From sequence record KY705409: a stretch of 41,289 bases of DNA, one strand, 5' to 3'. This document shows positions 26,253 to 34,554 of this stretch, piece by piece (position 1 is the first letter of the stretch; each line of letters begins with the position of its first letter). Made by a program: the position numbers and the translations under genes. This DNA is from Escherichia phage vB_EcoM_ECOO78. Below the pieces are notes generated by a model that was not told the origin of the DNA, did not search any database, and saw nothing but the letters and a program-made list of their open reading frames with translations.

Positions 26253-27574
26253 GCCAGTAGAGCGATGTTTCGCGGTCTGGTTTCTGTACCGCCTGTGGAT
26301 CCAGTGCCAATTCCTTCTGGATAATTGCCGCTAGTGCCCTGGTTCCAGGCGTCAGCAATAAGGTTTGCAGCTCCGTTTGCTACAAATTCACTCCCCAATC
26401 TGTGATAGTGGCTTTTTATTTCATCGGCCTGATAGCTACCTAGTGACCGTGAAGCGTCTACACCTCTACCGTCATCATATCCTCTGATGAATTCTCCGCG
26501 CAGATCTGGCAAATTGAACGTGTTAACACCGTCACCATTGCCAAATATTGTTCCTATTACAGAAAAAAGATTTGCATAAGCCGTTCTACTGATCGCAGCC
26601 CCATTGGCTTTCAACCATCCTGTCGGTGCCGTAGAGCGTGGAAAATAAACAATTCCACCTGTCGGCATCTTTTGGTCAGTTTCCGTTTTGCTGTAAACTT
26701 CAAGGTTGCTCCGTGACTCGGATTTACTTGCAACATCTGAAAGGTTTTTACTTCTTTCCAGTGGAGCATGTGCGCTTCCTGCTGGTTCATTGTTCACAGC
26801 CTGCAAAATCGACCCATCTGGGTAAGGCTTCCCAAGTGTAAATTTCGACGAGTCAGTTGCATCAGGCTGCCACTCATCAACACCAGAACCTTGCGGCAGC
26901 CTGATGCCTTCGATATACACCGCCAGGCCGCGTGTTATGGTTGTTGTCAGCATCACTACAGTCTGGTTGGCTGCCAATGTTTGTTTTTCGGTGATGGTAT
27001 CAACCACAACGTTTGCTTGTGTAGGGTCAACCCAATGGACGTCACCGTCAGCGTTTGACTGCTTTGCAAGAACCTGCCCGGTTGTGCCACCAGGGATGAT
27101 GGTTCCTGCTGTCACGTTGTTAGAAATCCACTGCTGTGTGACAACCACAACATTTGGGTCAACTTGTAGGGTGATAGTGCTGGCGTTGCTTACCATGAAG
27201 TCAAGCCGCACAACCGTGTCAGAGTAGGCACCTTCTGTATCAACCGGCTTGTAAGTAGATGGAAGATCGCCAACAGCAAACAGAGAACCATCAGCGTCAA
27301 AAACACCAACCTCACGCATAGTAAAACCACCAACGCTGGCCGGGATAACCAATTCAGCAGTGAAGCGCAGCGGGTTATTTGCATCCTGATAAACGCGGTT
27401 GATGGTTGCGCGGAAACGTTCACGCACCAACTGCGTCTGATTTGGATTAGGCGGCGCAGCATTTCCGTTGCCGTCGCCAACTGCCATATGCGTCAACCGG
27501 ATTTGCGTTCCTGTTGATTCAGCCTGCGCAAGCTTTTGCAGACCATAGTTAGTATGAATTGTAAGAAATGGCAT
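26237..27574 (-). CDS. Tail fibre protein with C-terminal tail-collar domain
   Basis: Start MPFLTIHTNYGLQ with GAGG RBS; C-terminal FNLPDLRGEFIRGYDDGRGVD collar-like segment. Confidence 0.8.
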   Translation of the reverse strand: MPFLTIHTNYGLQKLAQAESTGTQIRLTHMAVGDGNGNAAPPNPNQTQLVRERFRATINRVYQDANNPLRFTAELVIPASVGGFTMREVGVFDADGSLFAVGDLPSTYKPVDTEGAYSDTVVRLDFMVSNASTITLQVDPNVVVVTQQWISNNVTAGTIIPGGTTGQVLAKQSNADGDVHWVDPTQANVVVDTITEKQTLAANQTVVMLTTTITRGLAVYIEGIRLPQGSGVDEWQPDATDSSKFTLGKPYPDGSILQAVNNEPAGSAHAPLERSKNLSDVASKSESRSNLEVYSKTETDQKMPTGGIVYFPRSTAPTGWLKANGAAISRTAYANLFSVIGTIFGNGDGVNTFNLPDLRGEFIRGYDDGRGVDASRSLGSYQADEIKSHYHRLGSEFVANGAANLIADAWNQGTSGNYPEGIGTGSTGGTETRPRNIALLACIKF

Positions 27575-27627
27575 TGTGTTTGGCCTCAATTTTAAAATTT
27601 GCTACCCCACCGAAGTGGGGTTGTTTG

Positions 27628-29871
27628 TTAAATCAAGCCATAAATAGCGTTATGAATATGCAGTGTACCTACTTCACCAGAAACTGCAAAGTTAACCCTT
27701 GCTTTACTTGCACCAGGCGGAACAATGTCTACGAGCGCATAGAATCCCCAAGCATTCACAGAAGGTATATTAAAAGGTATTTTCCCTTGAACGCTGTTGC
27801 CCTCTTTATCAAAGAATTCAATTGATGCCAGTGATGTCACAGCGTTCTTTGCCCAAAACCCAAGTTGAAAATAGCGGCCAGGTGAACAGTCAAGGCAGTC
27901 TTGGTAGAAATCTGCTGTCGCACCAACGGAAGGGACAGTTACGTATAGCGATCTTGAAAACATGATTGTATTTGGTACGTCAGTATCAGTACCTGCCGTA
28001 ACAACACCGCTTCCGGTTTGCATTAAACTCCAGTTTGAATAGTTTGAAAATTGTCCACTGCCATTCGACAATGAGTTTATGTAAGCACTAACAATGTTAC
28101 CTTTATCCCAATTTGCTGTTATAAAACCAGCCCTGGGATAACAACCATAAGACATTACTTTCTTACTGTTCCCACCAATAATTTGACGCGCAGCAGCACC
28201 AGCGGCAATCTCTGTTTGCTCATATAGAGGAAGCGAACAGTTTGTTAGCGAGACGACCGCATCATCATTTGCAACGATTGGTATAGCTGAATATCCAGAT
28301 GGAGTTAGCAGCGTTGAATCTTTAATACTCAATCTGGAACTGCCGCCAACCACAAATGCAACAAAACTTTGACCTGGTTGAAATTCAATGTTGCCATTTG
28401 CGTAAACAACTGTTGCGTTGTCCTCCAATATTATGTTTGGGTCAAAATATCCTGCCTTCTTCCCGGCAGGCATTGAGCAACCATTAAATATAAACTGCCC
28501 ATTTTTGAATTTTAATGGCCCGCCATTGTCTACCATCCAGCAATGATTGAAGTTAATCACTTCTCCTGAGTTCGCAGGTGAATTAAATATGAGTGTGTCA
28601 TTAAAGCTGCGTGAAATAGCGCCTTTATCGAAAATAATCCGGTAAGAGTTGTCAAGAAACTCTAATCCAGCAGAAGATATGAAACCAAAGTTACTTATCC
28701 GCAATTCAGATAGTTCACCCGTTCCCGCTCCGCCAAGCGCAATTTTTTTTGTTCCAGAAAACTGAAATGCGACCCCATCCAATATGGCGTTTGCGTTAAT
28801 TGAATCTCGGTCAGCATAATCGGTGTTTGAGTTGAAAAGCTTCAACGCATAATCACCTGGAATTCCTTCAATTTCTGTAAGTGTGCATTTGTTTGCGCCT
28901 CTTACACTTCCTTTGCTGAAATCAATTTCTATTGCGGAAGAAAACGCGCCGGAACATGGAATAAAACAATCGTATCCTGCGGAATTCACTTTATTGATGT
29001 AAACAGCAATGTCGCCGCTTCCCGTATATCCGGCGTCAAATACATTTACCTCACCAGCAAAGAAAAGTCTCCGCCATTTAACACCTACGCCGTCAAATAC
29101 TACCACGCCATCAGGCGTTTCAGTGTTTTCAACTGCAACAAATGTGCCACCACCTTTATTAGAACCGGCGATGTATGATCTGACAAGTATCTTATCGCCA
29201 ACAGATGCGCCAGAAACAGATGCTAACTGAGCTACAGAATCAACGTCACCGATTAGATTCATTCCCTTGTTTGATGCCAGGATTTGGCTAAAGGATTTAT
29301 TACCAACGCTAGTCCAGGCTCCAGGGGAAACGCCACCTGTTTCGGAAGGTGTTGAACCTTCTGTTACTACTTTCGGCATCACTCCGCCCCAGGTGTAGCA
29401 CTGACCACCAGCAATATGCCAGACAGCTTCAGAAGCGTTACTGACTGTCGCCCCCGCCTCAAAGCTACCGTTAACAAGCGTTATTCCTGCATCTGCCAGC
29501 GATCTGCGCCATTGTTCACGGCTGTTTGATTCGATGTTAGCGGACTGCGATTCTATGGATTCAGCCGCAGCCTCTGCGCGATCTGCGGCGCTGCTTGCTT
29601 CGCTAAGTTGCTGTTGAACATCGATACATTGAAACGTAACTTTAACTCCGTCAACGCTGCCTAGTGATACCTGCATGTCATAAATTCCGTCTGGCGCGTA
29701 AAACTGTATTTTACCGTCAGAACCTGCGGTGAAAGGATTGGTAAGATTAGCGCCGCTAACGGTCTTTAATCCTGTGGCTAAGGTTGATGTGCCAGACAAA
29801 AAAATTGACACTGTAGCAGATGGAATAAGGTTTCCGTTTCTGTCTTGGGCGAAGTATGTTTTCAGTTCCAC
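27628..29871 (-). CDS. Tail spike/fibre with beta-helix (pectate-lyase-like) receptor-binding or depolymerase domain
   Basis: 747 aa; conserved N-terminal anchor then long Gly/Asn/Ser-rich repetitive central region; AT-richer than flanks. Confidence 0.7.
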   Translation of the reverse strand: MELKTYFAQDRNGNLIPSATVSIFLSGTSTLATGLKTVSGANLTNPFTAGSDGKIQFYAPDGIYDMQVSLGSVDGVKVTFQCIDVQQQLSEASSAADRAEAAAESIESQSANIESNSREQWRRSLADAGITLVNGSFEAGATVSNASEAVWHIAGGQCYTWGGVMPKVVTEGSTPSETGGVSPGAWTSVGNKSFSQILASNKGMNLIGDVDSVAQLASVSGASVGDKILVRSYIAGSNKGGGTFVAVENTETPDGVVVFDGVGVKWRRLFFAGEVNVFDAGYTGSGDIAVYINKVNSAGYDCFIPCSGAFSSAIEIDFSKGSVRGANKCTLTEIEGIPGDYALKLFNSNTDYADRDSINANAILDGVAFQFSGTKKIALGGAGTGELSELRISNFGFISSAGLEFLDNSYRIIFDKGAISRSFNDTLIFNSPANSGEVINFNHCWMVDNGGPLKFKNGQFIFNGCSMPAGKKAGYFDPNIILEDNATVVYANGNIEFQPGQSFVAFVVGGSSRLSIKDSTLLTPSGYSAIPIVANDDAVVSLTNCSLPLYEQTEIAAGAAARQIIGGNSKKVMSYGCYPRAGFITANWDKGNIVSAYINSLSNGSGQFSNYSNWSLMQTGSGVVTAGTDTDVPNTIMFSRSLYVTVPSVGATADFYQDCLDCSPGRYFQLGFWAKNAVTSLASIEFFDKEGNSVQGKIPFNIPSVNAWGFYALVDIVPPGASKARVNFAVSGEVGTLHIHNAIYGLI

Positions 29872-30474
29872 TTAAGCACCTATAGATATATTTGGTTGCA
29901 CCATAACATAGTCATTCAAAGCACCAACAAATCTGGTGTAGTTCGTCAGACTAATTTCATTTCCTGTGCCACAGACAATGGCAGCAGTCGTTTTACTTTC
30001 TGACTTAACAATCAACTGCGTTTCATCCAGGTGCGAACGCAGGTTTTTGTTAGTGTCAATCACTTGTAGTATTTTTTTAAAATCTTCTTGAGTTAACGGA
30101 TATTGATTAGCAGTAATGTAAACATCAAATGTGTACGGCTGGCCAATCGGGCTTTGTTTAAACCACTCAAGGATCTGAATCTGGTAGCCCAAAGCAACAA
30201 GCTGACGCGTAACAGCCCCGATAGTGCCTTTTATGCGCTGCGAATAAACCGACTCTTTAATTACCTTGCGTTTCTGCTCGTCTGACCAGGTAGTATCCCA
30301 ATCGTCAACGCTGAACGCCCAAGCCAGCCAGGGCAGAACGCTTGATGGGCAGGTGTCAGGGTTCCAGACTTCACGCACGACAACCGGAACGTCACTAATC
30401 CTGGCTATTGTTTCAGCCAGTGCGCGTTCCTGTTCTGTTGAATTATATGGCAATAAGTCAGACATCAGTATCAC
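29872..30474 (-). CDS. Baseplate protein (P2 gpI-like)
   Basis: 200 aa; position after J. Confidence 0.7.
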   Translation of the reverse strand: MILMSDLLPYNSTEQERALAETIARISDVPVVVREVWNPDTCPSSVLPWLAWAFSVDDWDTTWSDEQKRKVIKESVYSQRIKGTIGAVTRQLVALGYQIQILEWFKQSPIGQPYTFDVYITANQYPLTQEDFKKILQVIDTNKNLRSHLDETQLIVKSESKTTAAIVCGTGNEISLTNYTRFVGALNDYVMVQPNISIGA

Positions 30475-31360
30475 CCGCCACGGTTACATTGATTGCTGTG
30501 CAATAGCTGGCCTGACCATCGCCAAGCACCAGTGATGCTGTTGGGCTGGTCAGGTTGACGTTCTGCACGCCAGGCTGATGCAATGCGTGATACAGACCAG
30601 ACAGCGTGACATCATAGCCAATGCGGCGCTGAGATTCTGCAAACGCTGTTACGGCATCAATGGCAGACTGGAGAACCACAGTGGAGTCAGGGCCAGGGAA
30701 CAGCGTTAGTTCAGCATTAATGGTGTAACTCACGATGTTTGCTGACAGCACTGTGACTTCATCGGTCATTGGCCTGATGGTTTCGCCGTTTAGGGTGTTG
30801 GCAACCGCAGTAATGGTTTCAGCAGGTGCGGTGCCGTCGCCGGTGCGTGACAGCACGTAAACGGTGACTTTTCCTGGCTCCGGGCTTATGGCCTGGATGT
30901 CTTTCACGTCAGCGTCAGCACCCAATCCGTGGAACACATAACTGCCTTCTGAACCCGCTGTTGTGTAGCCTTCCGGTGACAACTGAATACGCGCGCGGAA
31001 ATCTTCATCTGATTCCATTTCGGCAGGTGTTGGCGGCACAGTTGTGTCATCAGCAGGCGTAATCACCTGGCGCTTAACACCAACGTTCGCGCCTAACTGG
31101 TCAAGATCTGCACCAGACGCGTAAGCCAGCATAACTGCTTTGGCCGCTTCATTAACTCGCTGACGCAGCAGTAACTCCCGGTAAGCGCAGACCTCCAGGA
31201 TTTTATAAGCGGGGTCAGATTCCACCAATGCGGTGAATGTGGGGTCACGATCCTGCAAATCGGCGATCATGGCCGCCAGAATCGTTTCAAAGTCCAGCGG
31301 CACAACAACGTTTGGCGCTGGTAATTGAGATAAGTTTACAACTGTGAAGGCACCCGCCAT
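30458..31360 (-). CDS. Baseplate assembly protein J (P2 gpJ-like)
   Basis: 300 aa; position between W and I. Confidence 0.75.
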   Translation of the reverse strand: MAGAFTVVNLSQLPAPNVVVPLDFETILAAMIADLQDRDPTFTALVESDPAYKILEVCAYRELLLRQRVNEAAKAVMLAYASGADLDQLGANVGVKRQVITPADDTTVPPTPAEMESDEDFRARIQLSPEGYTTAGSEGSYVFHGLGADADVKDIQAISPEPGKVTVYVLSRTGDGTAPAETITAVANTLNGETIRPMTDEVTVLSANIVSYTINAELTLFPGPDSTVVLQSAIDAVTAFAESQRRIGYDVTLSGLYHALHQPGVQNVNLTSPTASLVLGDGQASYCTAINVTVAGDTDV

Positions 31361-31699
31361 TTATGTCACCACTATGCCGTCAATTGTTATTTGTTTGCCG
31401 TCTGGCAGGTATTCGCCGGTAATGGACAATTCCACGCGTCCTGGTTCTGCTGATGTTGCTGTCACCTGCTGCACGCTGATGCGTGGTTCCCAGGCTTCCA
31501 GTGCTTCCGCAGTTGCTGCGTACAGGTCCAGCAGCGTGCTGCGGTTCATCGGTGCATCAACCAGGTAGGGCAACCGGCTGCCGTAGTCGCGGCGCATCAC
31601 TCGCGTGCCAATTGGCGTCGTGAGTATGTCTCTTATGGATTGGCGCAGATGGTCTAAACCATCCAGCGGCGCGCCTGTGGCCGCGTTTGTTCCTTTCAT
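31361..31699 (-). CDS. Baseplate assembly protein W (gp25-like)
   Basis: 112 aa with IRDILTTPIGTRVMRRDYGSRL motif typical of gpW/gp25. Confidence 0.8.
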   Translation of the reverse strand: MKGTNAATGAPLDGLDHLRQSIRDILTTPIGTRVMRRDYGSRLPYLVDAPMNRSTLLDLYAATAEALEAWEPRISVQQVTATSAEPGRVELSITGEYLPDGKQITIDGIVVT

Positions 31700-31732
31700 G
31701 CGGGCAATGATGCCCGCATGGGTGATGGTTTA

Positions 31733-31749
31733 TCTTCTTGGGGTTTGTC
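31733..31749 (-). repeat. Copy 2 of exact 17-bp motif, intergenic between V stop and W start
   Basis: Plus strand TCTTCTTGGGGTTTGTC. Confidence 0.9.
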
Positions 31750-31752
31750 AGG

Positions 31753-32406
31753 TCACACCGGTGCGCCGGTGTTGCTGCCACCAGACTGCACGCCGCTGTG
31801 AGCATGGTTGCTGCCAATGTTTTTGCCGTTGTGTGTCAGGCTTCCGCCTTCAATCGCCACGTTACCCGTCATCGTAGCCGTTCCGCCTTCGCTTCCCATC
31901 TGGAAACTTTTGGCCACGGTCAGGTTGCCGGTGCAAAACGTGTCAGGCGTGTCCAGAGTGACGCTTGTTGATGCCGTCACGGTGGCCGTTTCAGTGTTCA
32001 CGTTGGCCTGTTTGCAGTTAATGATGACATTACCTGCACCAGCCACGGTGATGGTCAGCGTGTTGCTTGCGCTGTTGTAGTCCACCGTTGTGCCGTCAGG
32101 GTAAACGGTTGTTTCCTGGTCCGCGCTTGCCGCTGGTGCCGCGTGGTCATCCTGGAAGATTGACGGCCCAATGACTGCCTGGCCTAAGTCGCCGTAAGGC
32201 GCAAACAAAACTACCTGTTCGCCGATGACAGGCGGTGACCAGTCGCGGCGCTTCCCGGCACGGTTGGTTCCCCAGGGAAGCCAGTCAGTGGTGCAGCCAG
32301 CAACGGAAACTTTAGCACGCGCGTTGGCCAGGTCCAGTTGTTTGATGGTGCCGATGCGCACAACGTTGTTTAGCTGGCGGTTCAGTTCGCTAACTTCTGC
32401 GCTCAT
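31753..32406 (-). CDS. Baseplate spike protein V (P2 gpV-like)
   Basis: 217 aa with Gly/Thr-rich C-terminal region; precedes W. Confidence 0.75.
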   Translation of the reverse strand: MSAEVSELNRQLNNVVRIGTIKQLDLANARAKVSVAGCTTDWLPWGTNRAGKRRDWSPPVIGEQVVLFAPYGDLGQAVIGPSIFQDDHAAPAASADQETTVYPDGTTVDYNSASNTLTITVAGAGNVIINCKQANVNTETATVTASTSVTLDTPDTFCTGNLTVAKSFQMGSEGGTATMTGNVAIEGGSLTHNGKNIGSNHAHSGVQSGGSNTGAPV

Positions 32407-32975
32407 GGGTTCACCTTCTCGTAATCTTCTTCGTTGCCGGTGCCAATTTCAGGCAACCAACTGAAATAAACCTCTGATGGGGTTATGCCTTCATCGTTCC
32501 ACACGCTTTCGCCCAGGTGGATGACTTGCTGCCACTCCACGCGCCACACCTCGAATTTGTCCAGTTCCGGGGTGAAGTCGTCAGGGAAGCCGCCAACCAC
32601 GTTGGCTGGCCCTGTTGGCAGCTTCCTGGCGGGGTATGCCGGGTTGGTCCAGCGGCGCTTGCGCAGCCAGGCCATGAAGGCAGCGGCCAGCGTCCTGATG
32701 GCCAGGGCGGCGCGGGGTGTCCTGATGCTGTTAATGATGAAATGCGCCTCAAACGTCGCCACAACGGCCAACTGTTCCGTGCCGGGGTCAATCTCGTTGT
32801 CTGCCTCCAGTTCGCTGATGGTCAGCAGGCAGGCGGGAATTGGCAGCGTTTTGCGCGCTTCCGGGTCATCCTGGTAAAACTCCACGGTGACCAGTTGCGG
32901 GAATGCTGCTTTGATGTCGGCCACAATGGCATCGTGAAGTGTTGACAGGTCTACTTCTGTGTTTGCATTCGCCAT
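32403..32975 (-). CDS. Putative tail completion / virion protein
   Basis: 190 aa ORF in structural operon between connector genes and baseplate. Confidence 0.45.
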   Translation of the reverse strand: MANANTEVDLSTLHDAIVADIKAAFPQLVTVEFYQDDPEARKTLPIPACLLTISELEADNEIDPGTEQLAVVATFEAHFIINSIRTPRAALAIRTLAAAFMAWLRKRRWTNPAYPARKLPTGPANVVGGFPDDFTPELDKFEVWRVEWQQVIHLGESVWNDEGITPSEVYFSWLPEIGTGNEEDYEKVNP

Positions 32976-33514
32976 TTTAGATCCGCCTCAAAGGTTTTAT
33001 AAAACTGTTCTTCAAATCCTTTAAATACATCATCGTTGAGAACCTTTTCTACTTCTTTGGCTATGTCATAGCCAACGCGCTCAATAGGGTTTCTCTTTTT
33101 TCCTTTTCGAATAAATGCGCCGCCACGTAATTTGCTGGATTTTATGCCTGGTTTCGGCCCCATAAACGCTTTATCAAAGTATTTCACAGCGCCTTCACCC
33201 TGCCCAGCCACTACGCCAATTTCATCCTGCGCGGCATAAGGTAATCGGCTAATGTCAATGGGGTTATAACCAATCCATACGCCGCCAGTGGCTTCATCTT
33301 TTTTGGTCTTAAACTTCATGTTCTTTAGGCGTCTGCGGAGAACATCTGCTTTCAGTTTTGTTTCTTTCCTGATTGCTCGTCCTGCTCGCACTCGCAGCCA
33401 ACCAGCCATTCTTCTGATTGTTCGCCTCATGGCCAGGCGCACTGCCTTTTCAGTAGCGTCTAACTCATGTGTGATTACGTCCAGTTGTGTCTGGTCGATG
33501 TCGAATTTAATCAT
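32951..33514 (-). CDS. Putative virion morphogenesis / tail completion protein
   Basis: 187 aa basic protein in structural operon. Confidence 0.45.
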   Translation of the reverse strand: MIKFDIDQTQLDVITHELDATEKAVRLAMRRTIRRMAGWLRVRAGRAIRKETKLKADVLRRRLKNMKFKTKKDEATGGVWIGYNPIDISRLPYAAQDEIGVVAGQGEGAVKYFDKAFMGPKPGIKSSKLRGGAFIRKGKKRNPIERVGYDIAKEVEKVLNDDVFKGFEEQFYKTFEADLKWRMQTQK

Positions 33515-33843
33515 AAGATACCATCTTGGCGCGTCATCCTCACCACGGCAGTGCCTGTGCCATCCTGTTCCGGGGATGCCAGCACGTCGAAGGTTTCACC
33601 GGCCACAATGATTGTGTCACCACGCAGGATGCCAGCCAGGTCAGATTCCTTTGCCGTGATGCGCGGGCTGCTGGTGTCCGCTTCATACTCGCCAATTTGC
33701 GCGTTGAAGTACGGATCATCAAAGATGGCGTTAATTGTTCTGGTCCAACCTTTTTGCGAATGAATAACGGCGGGAAATGCAAACCCGCCGTTGGTGTCAA
33801 GGTCAAAAAAGTCGTCCAGGTTTTCCCAGGACGGCGCGGGCAT
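33511..33843 (-). CDS. Putative head-tail connector/adaptor protein
   Basis: 110 aa ORF downstream of capsid genes. Confidence 0.45.
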   Translation of the reverse strand: MPAPSWENLDDFFDLDTNGGFAFPAVIHSQKGWTRTINAIFDDPYFNAQIGEYEADTSSPRITAKESDLAGILRGDTIIVAGETFDVLASPEQDGTGTAVVRMTRQDGIL

Positions 33844-34199
33844 TACTGTGATTCCCGCTTATTGCCAACCAGCACAACGCTGCGGATTGCCGAACCGGAA
33901 CTGGCGGAAACATCCTTCACACGAACAAATTTTTTGAATCGGTCAGCATTAAACAGGATCGTGTCAGCCTTAGCTGCGGTGCCGATCTGCGCAAAAGTGG
34001 TATTGGGTACGTCAGCCCAATTGGTTGAACCGTCATCACTGTGTTGCAGGCTTACAGTGGTGGTGCCAGCAGTGCCGATGCCGTTAAGGTGAAGCAGGCA
34101 CAGGCCATGATAATCACCAACGTTGACGGCTGAACCGTTGCCGCTGGCTGTGATTGTTGCTGGTGCGGCCAGAACCGTTACAGATGTGCCGTGTTGCAT
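33843..34199 (-). CDS. Putative head-associated protein
   Basis: 118 aa Thr/Gly/Ser-rich beta-type sequence directly after capsid region. Confidence 0.4.
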   Translation of the reverse strand: MQHGTSVTVLAAPATITASGNGSAVNVGDYHGLCLLHLNGIGTAGTTTVSLQHSDDGSTNWADVPNTTFAQIGTAAKADTILFNADRFKKFVRVKDVSASSGSAIRSVVLVGNKRESQ

Positions 34200-34501
34200 T
34201 ATTCGTCACCCTCTTTGATTTCGCCTGCGGCTTCGATGGCTTCAATCAACTGCGCTTTGGTCATCTTGTCAGCGCCTTCAATTTCCATCTGCTCTGCAAT
34301 GGCGATAAGCTGATCTTTGTTCATTTTCGTGATTTCAACATCGTCATCACGCGCTGGTTGTTCGTCGTGCATCTCGGCCTTGCCGCGTGACAACAGATTT
34401 TTGGCCTCAAGCTCTGAAACCTCAACCAGTGAACCTGCTTTCATGACTTCGCCGCTGATAGCAATGGCGGAAGTCAATTTCAGTACGTAAGTACCAGGCA
34501 T
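34199..34501 (-). CDS. Hypothetical protein with tandem HeH/Rho-N-like motifs
   Basis: Start MPGTYVLKL with GGAG RBS 7 nt upstream; motifs MNKDQLIAIAEQMEI and MTKAQLIEAIEAAGE. Confidence 0.45.
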   Translation of the reverse strand: MPGTYVLKLTSAIAISGEVMKAGSLVEVSELEAKNLLSRGKAEMHDEQPARDDDVEITKMNKDQLIAIAEQMEIEGADKMTKAQLIEAIEAAGEIKEGDE

Positions 34502-34526
34502 AAACTGTCTCCTGTTTGATAAGACT

Positions 34527-34546
34527 ATGGCCGCCGAAGCGGCCAT
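34527..34546 (-). other. Perfect 8-bp stem hairpin with UUCG loop, no U-tract (attenuator or RNA-stability element after capsid gene)
   Basis: Minus strand AUGGCCGC-UUCG-GCGGCCAU between capsid stop and next RBS. Confidence 0.5.
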
Positions 34547-34554
34547 TGTTCTGG

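Noticed and set aside
31733-31752. Stop-codon read-through of protein V into the 17-bp motif (would add PDKPQEDKPSPMRASLPA)
   Set aside because: The other intergenic motif copy is in a different frame relative to its upstream gene, so a protein-coding explanation is inconsistent; treated as coincidence.
33526-34092. 188-aa plus-strand ORF spanning two structural genes
   Set aside because: Antisense to contiguous late-operon genes; Cys/Arg-rich composition consistent with artefact.
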